Origin: Mytilus californianus | Lineage: Eukaryota | NCBI RefSeq assembly: GCF_021869535.1 | Contig: NW_026262674.1 | Coordinates: forward strand, 2,852,001 to 2,916,000 | Direction: 5' to 3' | Length of the DNA stretch: 64,000 nucleotides | Part shown: in pieces, positions 1 to 13,814 of the stretch | How positions within the stretch are numbered: position 1 is the first letter of the stretch | Layout: each line of letters starts with the position of its first letter | The notes under the pieces: generated by a model | Databases searched by the model: none | What the model was told of the DNA's origin: nothing | Seen by the model: only the letters and a program-made list of their open reading frames with translations | Program-made: the position numbers and the translations under genes

Positions 1-249
1 TTTATTTAAGATATTTTGTCGGTATCAACTCTGCATGTGTCAGTGTAATAATCTCTCTGGTCAAAAATCTCTCAGCTGTGCTCATACAAATAGCAATGTC
101 TTCATTTGCTGAAAAATATAATTATATCATTTTAGAAGCTAAAATATAACAATAAACAAGTATATCAGTCATGTTAAAAGTTAAAATAAAAAAAACAAAT
201 TTTAAAATCTTTGATCTAGTGATGTAGTCACTCATCTTTTACCATTATT

Positions 250-694
250 TTGTAATGTAAGCACCGGGATCTTGACAGCCACCCATCCTATATCACAACA
301 TTGTAATGTAAGCACCGGGATCTTGACAGCCACACATCTTATACCACAACATTGTAATGTAAGCACCAGGATCTTGACAGCCACCCATCTTATACCACAA
401 CATTGTAATGTAAGCACCGGGATCTTGACAACCACCCATCTTATACCACAACAGTGTGATGTAAGCATTAGGATCTTGACAGCCACCCATCTTATAACAC
501 AACATTGTAATGTAAGCACCAGGATCTTGACAGCCACCCATCCTATATAACAGCATTGTAATGTAAGCACCAGGATCTTGACAGCCACCCATATCTTATA
601 ACACAACATTGTAATGTAAGCACCAGGATCTTGACAGTCACCCATCCTATATCACAGCATTGTAATGTAAGCACCAGGATCTTGACAGCCACCC
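250..694. repeat. Minisatellite, 51-bp unit, ~8.7 copies
   Basis: Unit ttgtaatgtaagcaccaggatcttgacagccacccatcttataccacaaca recurs at 250, 301, 352 and onward; the ORF track shows matching 17-aa periodicity. Confidence 0.97.
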
Positions 695-2285
695 TGAGGG
701 TTTTTTTTAATTTATTGTTGTGAATATCGATTGCAGTGTTTATTTTTAACAGTTTTTGGTCAGATGAAAAAAAGATATCGCTAAATACTCTATTCAATCG
801 ACAATACGTTGAATGTGTATCAAAATTGATATCCCGTATACATATCTCCCCCTTTATATTGTCATTACGTCAACATGTGCCGATATTACATTCATTACAC
901 TTCTCTTTCTTAAATTTAATTTTTGTAAGTTAGAATTAAAACATATATACATGATACTTACTGTAAACAATTGGTTTAATTGACAAAATAACAGTTTCGT
1001 GCCTCCTGGTTTGTTTACATCTACACGATCTAGGGAACAAAGGGAACGCGAAAGAGTGCGCGTGAAAAGCGATACTCTACACCACGTGGTGCTGTGACCA
1101 CTAACATAGTCAAATTGACCGCGCAGGTAGTCACAATGACTAGATTAGTAGTCATATATGCTGTTGACTACCTTTCGGCTAATATTTGACTAACTGAATA
1201 GTCATAGTGACTAATTTAAATTTTCAGTGCAGGATAGACAAAAAGGTAACAGGATAGCACTTAATATGGTGATATATCATTAACGTACGTTCCTGTTACC
1301 AATAAAATAAAGTCAAAAGTAAACCAACATGCGAGGGAATTACTTGATGTTGGGTTTATTAGAAAGAGAGAAAAAATGCTGAACATTATGAATTGCTATC
1401 TTAGACTTGCATTACTGATGGTTATTTTTATAACCTTTGAAAACCAATTTTTAGAGGCATTTTTCAGTACAGCATGGAAATAATCTATCATTTCACAGAA
1501 TGAATATATATAGAAGTTTTTACTCTTGAAAACCATCTTATTGGCTACGAAAAAAAAGCTTAAAATTTTTATCTAAACCTCTTATAAATAACCCGAAATT
1601 TCTTTTGAACATGGTAACAGAAGAGACAAAATAATGCACCACCTATCAACAAATGTTTCAATATATTCTTGTATGACATTATCAAGATTGCATCTGTTTA
1701 TATGTTGTTCTATAAGTACTGTTTGTTTTGATTTGCTTATGACAAGGCTTGTTTGAACTAGTAACTTTAAATCAATTTTGCAATTTCAAAATTCGATATT
1801 TTTTTTAAATGACTCATATAATACATTGTGTTATATATCTCTGATATCCACTATTGACATCTGATAAAATCCTTGTTATTTTTTCATAGCTTTAGAATGA
1901 AAAAAGTAGCAAAGGTAGCAATGTTAAATGTAAGAAAAATATAGAGAGGATCATTTCCGGTCAAATTTTCAATGACTTATATATCTCAACAAGTACTATC
2001 TTTTAAAAAAAGATATCTGACGCATTCACATGTTAGCATAGAGTTTAAAACAAACCATGAATCGTTATCATTTTTTTTTTATATCATAGTTAAAAAAAGG
2101 CACACAATTTGACGACAAAAGAGTGACGATTCTGAAAGTTTAGTTTATGCGCTTTCTCTAAAGAATTAAAATATATACTGCATGGTATTTAACTATAAAT
2201 GTATAAATACATGATATATATATAAAGATAGTTTTCAGAGATAAAAAGTACATATACATATATTTCTGAAGCTGAGAAATAGACA

Positions 2286-3058
2286 TTAAGGATTATTCTT
2301 CTGACGTTTCAGTCTCGTTGAAATCTCGTTCTGGAATTATTTCCAAAACATGTGATACAAGTGGAAAATATCAATGAATTTCAAAAATGTTATAATCAAA
2401 CTTAACTCTGTGAAAAATTTGTGTATTTACAATGAGTATTTTTTTAGTAATAAATTTTTCAAGTTTTACAACCAAGCAAGTCAGTACTTTTAGCCAGAAT
2501 TTTGAGAAAATGGGTGAGGGGTACAAGAAATGATTTTATCAGAATCATGTACATCCCATATCATTTTTTTCCATTCAAATTTCTTAGATATATATTTTTT
2601 CAATCATTTATAACAAGAAAATTGAAATAATATGCATTTTGTTCTTAAAACTGAGAAAAATCACAAATTTACAAAATTGACAGCATGGTAAATTTGACAC
2701 AAAAAAGCATCAAAATATGAAAAAAAAACTTTCTTATATTAACACCTACCTATAGTTTTTTAAGTTAAATTTATTCAGATTGGTCCACTTCATCTTTATT
2801 GAAAGTATGAAAAAAGTTTAATTGTGACTGTGATTTTTTTCATGATAATAGCCCAAAAATAGGTAAAAAATGATGAAAAATGGGAAAATCATCAAAATTG
2901 GGTACTTTCAAAGGGACGTAGCAAAAAAAGGAGTGCACCACCATATGGTTTTTTCTTCACCAATTATTTTTTTATAGTCATATAAACCCAAAAATTAGGT
3001 TAAGAAAAAAAGTTTAATTCTAGAAATTTGTGGCTCCTCAGAGGTGTACATCCTTAAC
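2286..3058. mobile_element. Possible degenerate non-autonomous DNA element with TTAA-flanked ends
   Basis: Left end ttaaggatt and right end gtacatccttaa share only an 8-bp inverted match including TTAA; the interior is AT-rich and non-coding. Confidence 0.35.
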
Positions 3059-4167
3059 ACCAGATGTGTCAGTAAAAACAAGCACACGAACCTTGCATTT
3101 TGTTTCTGCTTTTAAGATCAATATACTAGTACTATAAATATTGAACAGTCTTTTAAAAAGCTTGTTATTTTCAAACTGAGTAGCAAACATCCTTGATTAT
3201 GAAATGTGTGAGAAAATGATAAATTATTTTTTTTAGAAAATAAGACAAGTATTAAAATAAACTTAGACCCATAAGATAAAATATGTGCAGTATAATTGAA
3301 ATAAAAGTTTGAATTTTGTTTTTTTATTAGTGAATGGTGTTTTAATGATTAGCGTGCGTGTATGCTTGTATTGTGTTTAATCTTTAGTGTTCATAACTTA
3401 ATTGGTATTACAAACAAAGAGAAATTTGATTGAAAGTGACTGGTTTGTTATTTCGACATACTCGGCCGGGTTTAATATTGGTCACATATGATGAAGTCAC
3501 GCGGATAACTCCGTATACTCTCTCTTGTGATTGAGAAAACTAACGGTATAATTTATAACGAAACAATTTACCAACAACAAATATGACAGACATGAACCAA
3601 CAAAAACAGACGGAGTTAAACAGTGTAACAGTACAACATAAGAACAAACAATAAAAATCAGTTGAAAAAGGCTTAACTCATCAGATAGATACAATGATAT
3701 ACACCTAAAAAGTGTACCAAAAAGGAACCAATAAATAATAGTATCTATAAAAAAAATGAAAACAACACGTTATAAATTGAATGCGTCCGAAGCGCTTTTC
3801 TGGATTTACCTTCATCAGGAATATTCAAAGCCGAATATTTGAAAGCCAAGGTCAAGGATGTAGAAGGGCAGAAAACGTTCAAGAGCTATCAATCAAATAT
3901 AACCTAAAAAAAAATGCCAAATCCATCTACGGTCAACTTTGCCTGAGGGAGTTGAAACCGTAGTTTCTGTATAATTTCAAATATAAATATTTCGGATAAC
4001 AGATATACTTCATCAGTATAATCATGGTGATGTAAAATGGATTATAAATCTATTCTGATTTAACTTAAACAATTTTAAGGTTATACAAATTAAAAAACCG
4101 AACCACGCTTGGTATTATTCTAAAATTTCAAAGTTGACCCAGGTTAAGTATTTACAGAAGTCCATTG

Positions 4168-4324
4168 CAGAGGCGGATTTAGAGGGGGGCCAGGGTGCCC
4201 AGCCCCCTTTTGGTGGAAAAATTTGGTTGATTATATAGGGAATCACTAATGCATGACTGGAGCGGACCCCCTCTTATGCAGTCAGTGCCCCCCCCTTTTA
4301 TAAACATTTCTGGATCCGCCACTG
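4168..4324. mobile_element. MITE with GC-rich terminal inverted repeats (cagtggcggatcc family)
   Basis: Begins cagaggcggatt and ends tggatccgccactg. Related ends occur at ~27025, ~31634 and ~33330-33475. Confidence 0.75.
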
Positions 4325-5149
4325 TTTTTTACTAGTATCTGATATTTACAATAGAGACTGCATCGATATGCACCTAAAAAGAATATTAATGTGCAATATG
4401 AGTTGGTACAATTCTAAAATTTGACAGGTGACGAAAGTTGTATTCTACATGTCTGTCATAATTCACCAGATAATAGTACGACATGAAAATTAGTAAACAA
4501 ATTATCAATAAAGTGCAAATATTTATTACCGTAATTATGGGGATATATGATAATTTTGGGTGGAAATGTGAAAGAGGTATATCTTGACATTCTGAGCATG
4601 TTTGTCCTTGTCAGATTTTCATATGACCATGTGAGCTATAAAATAAATAAATGAATTCAAAAATCATGAGTTACTCGTCCTTTTTCTAAAAAAAGTTCAT
4701 CGGAAGATACCAAGAACTTGTTGATAAATATTCCATATCAACTTCACAAATAATACATGATGGTCTTGAACTATAGATTCTAGGGACTGACACGTTGTTT
4801 ATCATCTTAATTACGTGTTATAGTTTTCTTTTATTTGTCTTTGTAAATATTTAACCTTTACTGCTTAGACCTTTTTTTATTATATCCATTTGGAATGGTT
4901 CAATACTTAAGCATCCCGCCAATATGTTGTTGTGCTGTGGTCATTTTTGTATTCTTGTCTTTCTTTTTTGCTTTTGTGCTTTGTCTATATGCCTTTTTTG
5001 TGTTTCTTTGTTCATATATTTGTTTGTTTTTATAGTGATTAAGATTATAACACAATGTTGACTGCTGTACCCCTATTTTTGACATTTTTACCTATTATGT
5101 CTGTGTTCCCACATTGTTGTCAATATATGCAATATAATGGAATTTTAAA

Positions 5150-5355
5150 CGACTGTCATACAAGTAAGATATTTAGCTAGCTAAAAAAGCAGGTTTAATC
5201 CAGCATTTTCTTCATAAGGAAATGTCTGTACCAAGTCAGAAATATGACAGTTATTTTCCATTCGTTTGATGTGTTTGAGCTTTTAATTTTGCCATTTGAT
5301 AAGGGACTTTCAAATTAGAATTTTCCTTGGAGCTCGGTTTTTTTGTTATTTTACT
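5150..5355 (-). mobile_element. Dispersed non-autonomous repeat (aaagtaaaatcacaaaaatactgaactcc family)
   Basis: Similar copies at ~25160-25330, ~54645-54780, ~55575-55735 and ~59955-60165, in both orientations. Confidence 0.8.
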
Positions 5356-6180
5356 TTTCCCCTCCAAGATCATTATATAGATAGTTGATTTTAAACAAAC
5401 AAAAATGATTAAATCTCTCTGTAAATTATGTTTCTACCATAAGAATTGATAATATGTTTCTCCTTTGAATGAAAATTCATACAAATAAATTGCATTTCTA
5501 TGTTAAAGTTTTCAGATGTAATAAAACAAAATTAAATGTATACATGCAACAATCATTTGAGATAAAAAAAAATGACGGTAATGATTTTCAGTCACCTAAA
5601 CTACCTGTAATATTGTATCATATTGATATTCATAAAAAAATCATGTATATAGCGATGGAAGAGTCTGTCAGTATGTTCGTTCCTCCAGTCCTCTTTCCTT
5701 TCTTTTGTCATTCTTTCCACTTTCGTATCTGCAACTGCTCAACAGAAATATTTGAAACTTTGACAGATATTTTATCACATAATGGACTTTTGAATCTTTA
5801 ATTTCGATTCTTCATCTGAAAGATTGTTGTGGTTTAGTCTGGGTTGCCATGGTCTGTGCACTCAGTCATATCTGCATACTTAGTTCCTAAACACTTTATT
5901 ACAATTTATTGAAATATTCTTAAAGTAGCAATCTTAACCGTATATGCTATTGTGCACCTCCTATTTTTTTTTTATCGTAATCATTTTGGGACTTCCTTTA
6001 CCAAAGCATGAACTATGGACGGTGAATCATTTTGTGAGCTTTGCTCAAGTCTGAACATTCAACTTTCTAAATTAACTTTCTTGAACAAACGCTTGACATG
6101 TTTGGAATCAAAATTGGTCTTCAATTGTTTGGTACACATTTAATTAAGTTATGTTGAAAACTTGTTGTTTCTAAAAAAAA

Positions 6181-9100
6181 CATTGTAAAGTAATGCCATT
6201 CAAACATGTGACGTAATATTGTAAAGTAATGCCATTCAAACATGTGACGTAATATTGTAAAGTAATGCCATTCAAACATGTGACGTAATATTGGAAAGTA
6301 ATGCCATTCAAACATGTGACGTAATATTGGAAAGTAATGCCATTCAAACATGTGACGTAATATTATAAATTAATGCCATTCAAACATGTGACGTAATATT
6401 GTAAAGTAATGCCATTCAAACATGTGACGTAATATTGTAAAGTAATGCTATTCAAACATGTGTCGAAACATTGTAAAGTAATGTCATTCAAACATGTGTC
6501 GTAACATTGAAAGGTAAAGCCATCCAAACATGTGTCGAAACATTTTAAAGTAATGTCATTCAAACATGTGTCGAAACATTATAAAGTAATGTCATTCGAA
6601 CATGTGTCGAAACATTGTAAAGTAATGCCATTCAAAAATGTGTCGAAATATGTAAAATAATGCCATTCAAACATGTGTCGAAACATTGTAAAATAATGCC
6701 ATTCAAACATGTGTCGAAACATTGTAAAGTAATGCCATTCAAACATGTATCGTAACATTGTAAAATAATGCCATTCAAACATGTGACGAAACATTGTAAA
6801 ATAATGCCATTCAAACATGTGACGTAACATTGGAAAATAATGCCATTCAAACATGTGACGTAACATTGGAAAATAATGCCATTCAAACATGTGACGAAAC
6901 ATTGTAAAGTAACGCCATTCAAACATGTGACGAAACATTGTAAAATAATGCCATTCAAACATGTGACGTAACATTGGAAAGTAATGCCATTCAAACATGT
7001 GACGTAACATTGTAAAGTAATGCCATTCAAACATGTGTCGAACTATTGTAAAGTAAAGCCAGTCAAACATATTACGTAACTTGTGAAGTAAAGCCATTCA
7101 ATCATGTGACGTAACATTGTATAGTAATGCCATTCAAACATGTGACGTAACATTGGAAAATAATGCCATGCAAACATGTGACGTAACATTGTATAGTAAT
7201 GCCATTCAAACATATGTGACGTAACATTGTAAAGTAATGCCATTCAAACATGTGACGTTACATTGTATGGTAATGCCATTCAAACATGTGACGTAACACT
7301 GTAAAGTAATGCCATTTAAACATGTGACGTAACATTGGAAAATAATGCCATTCAAACATGTGACGTAACATTGTAAAGTAATGCCATTCAAACTCTTGAC
7401 GTAACATTGTAAAGTAATGCCATTCAAAAATGTGACGTGACATTATATAGTAATGCCATACAAACATGTGACGTAACATATATTAAAGTAATGCCATTCA
7501 AACATGTGACGTAACATTGGAAAGTGATGCCATTCAAACATAATTATTACGTAACTTGTGAAGTAAAGCCATTCAATCATGTGACGAAACATTGTAAAGC
7601 AATGTCATTCAAACATGTGACGTAACATTGTAAAGTAATGCAATTCAAACATGTGACGTAATATTGTAAAGTAATGCCATTCAAACATGTGACGTAACAT
7701 TGTAAAGTAATGCCATTCAAACATGTGACGTAATATTGTAAAGTAATGCTATTCAAACATGTGATGTAACATTGTAAAGTAATGCCATTCAAACATGTGA
7801 CGTAACATTGTTTAGTAATGCCATCCAAACATGTAACGTAACATTGTAAAGTAATGTCATTCAAACATGTGACGTAACATTGTAAAGTAATGCCATTCAA
7901 ACATGTGACGTAACATTGTAAAGTAATGCCATTCAAACATGTGACGTAACATTGTAAAGTAATGCCATTCAAACATGGGACGTCACATTGTAAAGTAAAG
8001 CCATTCAAACATGGGACGTAACATTGTAAAGTAAAGCCATCCAAACATGTGACGTAACATTGTAAAGTAAAGCCATACAAACATGTGACGTAACATTGTA
8101 AAGTAAAGCCATCCAAACATGTGACGTAACATTGTAAAGTAAAGCCATCCAAACATGTGACGTCACATTGTAAAGTAAAGCCATCCAAACATGTGACGTA
8201 ACATTGTAAAGTAATGCCATTCAAACATGTGACGTAACATTGTAAAGTAATGCCATTCAAACATGTGACATGTGACATAACATTGTGAAGTAAAGCCATT
8301 CAATCATGTGACGAAACATTGTAAAGGAATGCCATTCAAACACGTGACGTAACATTGTAAAGTAATGCCATTCAAACATGTGAAGTAACATTGTATAGTA
8401 ATGCCATTCAATCATGTGACGAAACATTGCAAAATAATGCCATTCAAACATGTGACGTAACATTGTAAAGTAATGCCATTCAAACATTTGTCGAAATATT
8501 GTAAAGTAATGCTATTCAAACATGTGACATAACATTGTAAAGTAATGCCATTCAAACATGTGACATGTGACATAACATTGTGAAGTAAAGCAATTCAATC
8601 ATGTGACGAAACATTGTAAAGTAATGCCATTCAAACACGTGACGTAACATTGTAAAGTAATGCCATTCAAACATGTGAAGTAACATCGATAGTAATGCCA
8701 TTCAATCATGTGACGAAACATTGCAAAATAATGCCATTCAAACATGTGACGTAACATTGTAAAGTAATGCAATTCAAACATGTGACGTAATATTGTAAAG
8801 TAATGCCATTCAAACATGTGACGTAACATTGTAAAGTAATGCTATTCAAACATGTGACGTAATATTGTAAAGTAATGCTATTCAAACATGTGACGTAACA
8901 TTGTAAAGTAATGCCATTCAAACATGTGACGTAACATTGTTTAGTAATGCCATCCAAACATGTAACGTAACATTGTAAAGTAATGTCATTCAAACATTTG
9001 ACGTAACATTGTAAAGTAATGCCATTCAAACATGTGACGTAACATTGTAAAGTAAAGCCATCCAAACATGTGACGTAACATTGTAAAGTAAAGCCATCCA

Positions 9101-12100
9101 AACATGTGACGTAACATTGTAAAGTAAAGCCATCCAAACATGTGAAGTAACATTGTATAGTAATGCCATTCAATCATGTGACGAAACATTGCAAAATAAT
9201 GCCATTCAAACATGTGACGTAACATTGTAAAGTAATGCCATTCAAACATTTGTCGAAATATTGTAAAGTAATGCTATTCAAACATGTGACGTAACATTGT
9301 TTAGTAATGCCATCCAAACATGTAACGTAACATTGTAAAGTAATGTCATTCAAACATGTGACGTAACATTGTAAAGTAATGCCATTCAAACATGTGACGT
9401 AACATTGTAAAGTAATGCCATTCAAACATGTGACGTAACATTGTAAAGTAATGCCATTCAAACATGGGACGTCACATTGTAAAGTAAAGCCATTCAAACA
9501 TAAGACGTAACATTGTAAAGTAAAGCCATCCAAACATGTGACGTAACATTGTAAAGTAAAGCCATACAAACATGTGACGTAACATTGTAAAGTAAAGCCA
9601 TCCAAACATGTGACGTAACATTGTAAAGTAAAGCCATCCAAACATGTGACGTAACATTGTAAAGTAAAGCCATCCAAACATGTGACGTAACATTGTAAAG
9701 TAATGCCATTCAAACATGTGACGTAACATTGTAAAGTAATGCCATTCAAACATGTGACATGTGACATAACATTGTGAAGTAAAGCAATTCAATCATGTGA
9801 CGAAACATTGTAAAGAAATGCCATTCAAACACGTGACGTAACATTGTAAAGTAATGCCATTCAAACATGTGAAGTAACATCGATAGTAATGCCATTCAAT
9901 CATGTGACGAAACATTGCAAAATAATGCCATTCAAACATGTGACGTAACATTGTAAAGTAATGCAATTCAAACATGTGACGTAATATTGTAAAGTAATGC
10001 CATTCAAACATGTGACGTAACATTGTAAAGTAATGCTATTCAAACATGTGACGTAATATTGTAAAGTAATGCTATTCAAACATGTGACGTAACATTGTAA
10101 AGTAATGCCATTCAAACATGTGACGTAACATTGTTTAGTAATGCCATCCAAACATGTAACGTAACATTGTAAAGTAATGTCATTCAAACATTTGACGTAA
10201 CATTGTAAAGTAATGCCATTCAAACATGTGACGTAACATTGTAAAGTAATGCCATTCAAACATGTGACGTAACATTGTAAAGTAATGCCATTCAAACATG
10301 GGACGTCACATTGTAAAGTAAAGCCATTCAAACATGGGACGTAACATTGTAAAGTAAAGCCATCCAAACATGTGACGTAACATTGTAAAGTAAAGCCATC
10401 CAAACATGTGAAGTAACATTGTATAGTAATGCCATTCAATCATGTGACGAAACATTGCAAAATAATGCCATTCAAACATGTGACGTAACATTGTAAAGTA
10501 ATGCCATTCAAACATTTGTCGAAATATTGTAAAGTAATGCTATTCAAACATGTGACGTAACATTGTAAAGTAATGCCATTCAAACATGTGACATGTGACA
10601 TAACATTGTGAAGTAATGCCATTCAAACATGTGACGTAACATTGTTTAGTAATGCCATCCAAACATGTAACGTAACATTGTAAAGTAATGTCATTCAAAC
10701 ATTTGACGTAACATTGTAAAGTAATGTCATTCAAACATTTGACGTAACATTGTAAAGTAATGCCATTCAAACATGTGACGTAACATTGTAAAGTAATGCC
10801 ATTCAAACATGTGACGTAACATTGTAAAGTAATGCCATTCAAACATGGGACGTCACATTGTAAAGTAAAGCCATTCAAACATGGGACGTAACATTGTAAA
10901 GTAAAGCCATCCAAACATGTGACGTAACATTGTAAAGTAAAGCCATCCAAACATGTGAAGTAACATTGTATAGTAATGCCATTCAATCATGTGACGAAAC
11001 ATTGCAAAATAATGCCATTCAAACATGTGACGTAACATTGTAAAGTAATGCCATGCAAACATTTGTCGAAATATTGTAAAGTAATGCTATTCAAACATGT
11101 GACGTAACATTGTAAAGTAATGCCATTCAAACATGTGACATGTGACATAACATTGTGAAGTAAAGCAATTCAATCATGTGACGAAACATTGTAAAGTAAT
11201 GCCATTCAAACACGTGACGTAACATTGTAAAGTAATGCCATTCAAACATGTGAAGTAACATTGTATAGTAATGCCATTCAATCTTGTGACGAAACATTGC
11301 AAAATAATGCCATTCAAACATGTGACGTAACATTGTAAAGTAATGCCATTCAAACATTTGTCGAAATATTGTAAAGTAATGCTATTCAAACATGTGACGT
11401 AACATTTTAAAGTAATGCCATTCAAACATGTGACATGTGACATAACATTGTGAAGTAAAGCAATTCAATCATGTGACGAAACATTGTAAAGTAATGCCAT
11501 TCAAACACGTGACGTAACATTGTAAAGTAATGCCATTCAAACATGTGAAGTAACATCGATAGTAATGCCATTCAATCATGTGACGAAACATTGCAAAATA
11601 ATGCCATTCAAACATGTGACGTAACATTGTAAAGTAATGCAATTCAAACATGTGACGTAATATTGTAAAGTAATGCCATTCAAACATGTGACGTAACATT
11701 GTAAAGTAATGCTATTCAAACATGTGACGTAATATTGTAAAGTAATGCTATTCAAACATGTGACGTAACATTGTAAAGTAATGCCATTCAAACATGTGAC
11801 GTAACATTGTTTAGTAATGCCATCCAAACATGTAACGTAACATTGTAAAGTAATGTCATTCAAACATTTGACGTAACATTGTAAAGTAATGCCATTCAAA
11901 CATGTGACGTAACATTGTAAAGTAATGCCATTCAAACATGTGACGTAACATTGTAAAGTAATGCCATTCAAACATGGGACGTCACATTGTAAAGTAAAGC
12001 CATTCAAACATGTGACGTAACATTGTAAAGTAAAGCCATCCAAACATGTGACGTAACATTGTAAAGTAAAGCCATACAAACATGTGACGTAACATTGTAA

Positions 12101-12762
12101 AGTAAAGCCATCCAAACATGTGACGTAACATTGTAAAGTAAAGCCATCCAAACATGTGACGTAACATTGTAAAGTAAAGCCATCCAAACATGTGAAGTAA
12201 CATTGTATAGTAATGCCATTCAATCATGTGACGAAACATTGCAAAATAATGCCATTCAAACATGTGACGTAACATTGTAAAGTAATGCCATTCAAACATT
12301 TGTCGAAATATTGTAAAGTAATGCTATTCAAACATGTGACGTAACATTGTAAAGTAATGCCATTCAAACATGTGACATGTGACATAACATTGTGAAGTAA
12401 AGCAATTCAATCATGTGACGAAACATTGTAAAGTAATGCCATTCAAACACGTGACGTAACATTGTAAAGTAATGCCATTCAAACATGTGAAGTAACATTG
12501 TATAGTAATGCCATTCAATCTTGTGACGAAACATTGCAAAATAATGCCATTCAAACATGTGACGTAACATTGTAAAGTAATGCCATTCAAACATTTGTCG
12601 AAATATTGTAAAGTAATGCCATTCAAACATGTGACGTAACATTTTAAAGTAATGCCATTCAAATATGTGTCGAAATATTGTAAAACAATGCTATTCAAAC
12701 ATGTGTCGAAACATTGTAAAGTAATGCCATTCAAACATGTGACGAAACATTGTAAAATAATG
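6181..12762. repeat. Satellite, 36-bp unit, ~180 copies, with higher-order structure
   Basis: Consensus aacattgtaaagtaatgccattcaaacatgtgacgt over ~6.6 kb; 12-aa periodic ORFs in two minus frames; diagnostic variant units recur in blocks. Confidence 0.99.
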
Positions 12763-12994
12763 TGATTGCTTCTTTGTTAGAAACTAGAAGTTTGTTGGTC
12801 TGTTTATCAAATTAAATGGCAGACGGTTGACAGAGACCATCCTCTTTAGTGAGAATTTCCTTGTAATGTTTTCCATTGTTTGTTGTAATGACTGCATTTG
12901 AAGAAGCCTCTCCGACAACGAAGATGTTTCCGTCATTATCTAAACAAATGCCGGCAAGACACTGCAGTAAAACTGAATCATCCTTAAATAGATA

Positions 12995-13183
12995 TAAGAA
13001 GATGTGGTATGAGTGCCAATGAGACAACTCTCCATCCAAGTCAAAATTTATAAAAGTAAACCAATATAGGTCAAAGGACGGTCTTCAACACGGAGCCTTG
13101 GCTCACACCGAACAGCAAGCTATAAAGGGCCCCAAAAATTACTAGTGTAAAAAACGAGAAACGAGAAACACTTATGAACCACA
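12995..13183 (+). mobile_element. Dispersed repeat (agaagatgtggtatgagtgccaatgagacaact family) inserted in the pseudogene
   Basis: Near-identical copies at ~39845-40020 and ~61195-61420. It splits the propeller frame between HIWT and FKDDS. Confidence 0.85.
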
Positions 13184-13814
13184 TGTCCAAATATGTGATC
13201 CATTATAATCACAACATACTACACTGTGAATGTCTCTATTAGTGAAGTAAATCTTGTTTTCGAATACAGATATGTTAGAATTCATGTGCAAGTCATAATT
13301 GATCACCGAGAGGGAATATTATCAACAATGTTAAGTTTAGTAATACCACGTCCTTCAACACAGACAAACATTGAGTCATAATCACGTGCGATAACCCTTG
13401 ACGATTACGAAGGTTGATGAATTTAATTTTCTTTTGGCTTTCAACGTCAATAATGTGAATTCCAGTCTTCTTTAAGGACCCTCCGAATATGATAGCCACA
13501 GTTTTATCATTGATAAATATTGAGTCAAATTAGCTACTATGATCAAACATCATGTTATAACTGAATGTACCATTAGACTGCACAACCTTCAGCATTTTAT
13601 GGTCAATGAAGAATACATCGCCACAAACTTATATGCAACAACCTCTAATACTAGTATTGTCCCCACCTGTTTTAATTTTCTTTAACTAATTTCACATTAA
13701 TAATGGTTCTCGCTGGATCTTTAATCATTTCTTTTTCAAGTTTGTCAAATTGTTTATTTATTTGAGTTCTTATTTGTTGAATATGTGCAAGATTTTGTTT
13801 CTTCTTTTTTTTTC

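Noticed and set aside
232-797. ORFs across the 51-bp repeat
   Set aside because: Same artefact (51 = 17 codons); open on both strands with no recognisable domain.
6121-12734. Dozens of Cys-rich or His/Trp-rich ORFs as genes
   Set aside because: They are by-products of a 36-bp unit divisible by 3. They overlap in several frames and have no splice or start context.
6181-12762. CRISPR-like array (36-bp repeats)
   Set aside because: Units are head-to-tail with no unique spacers, there are no cas genes, and the context is eukaryotic.
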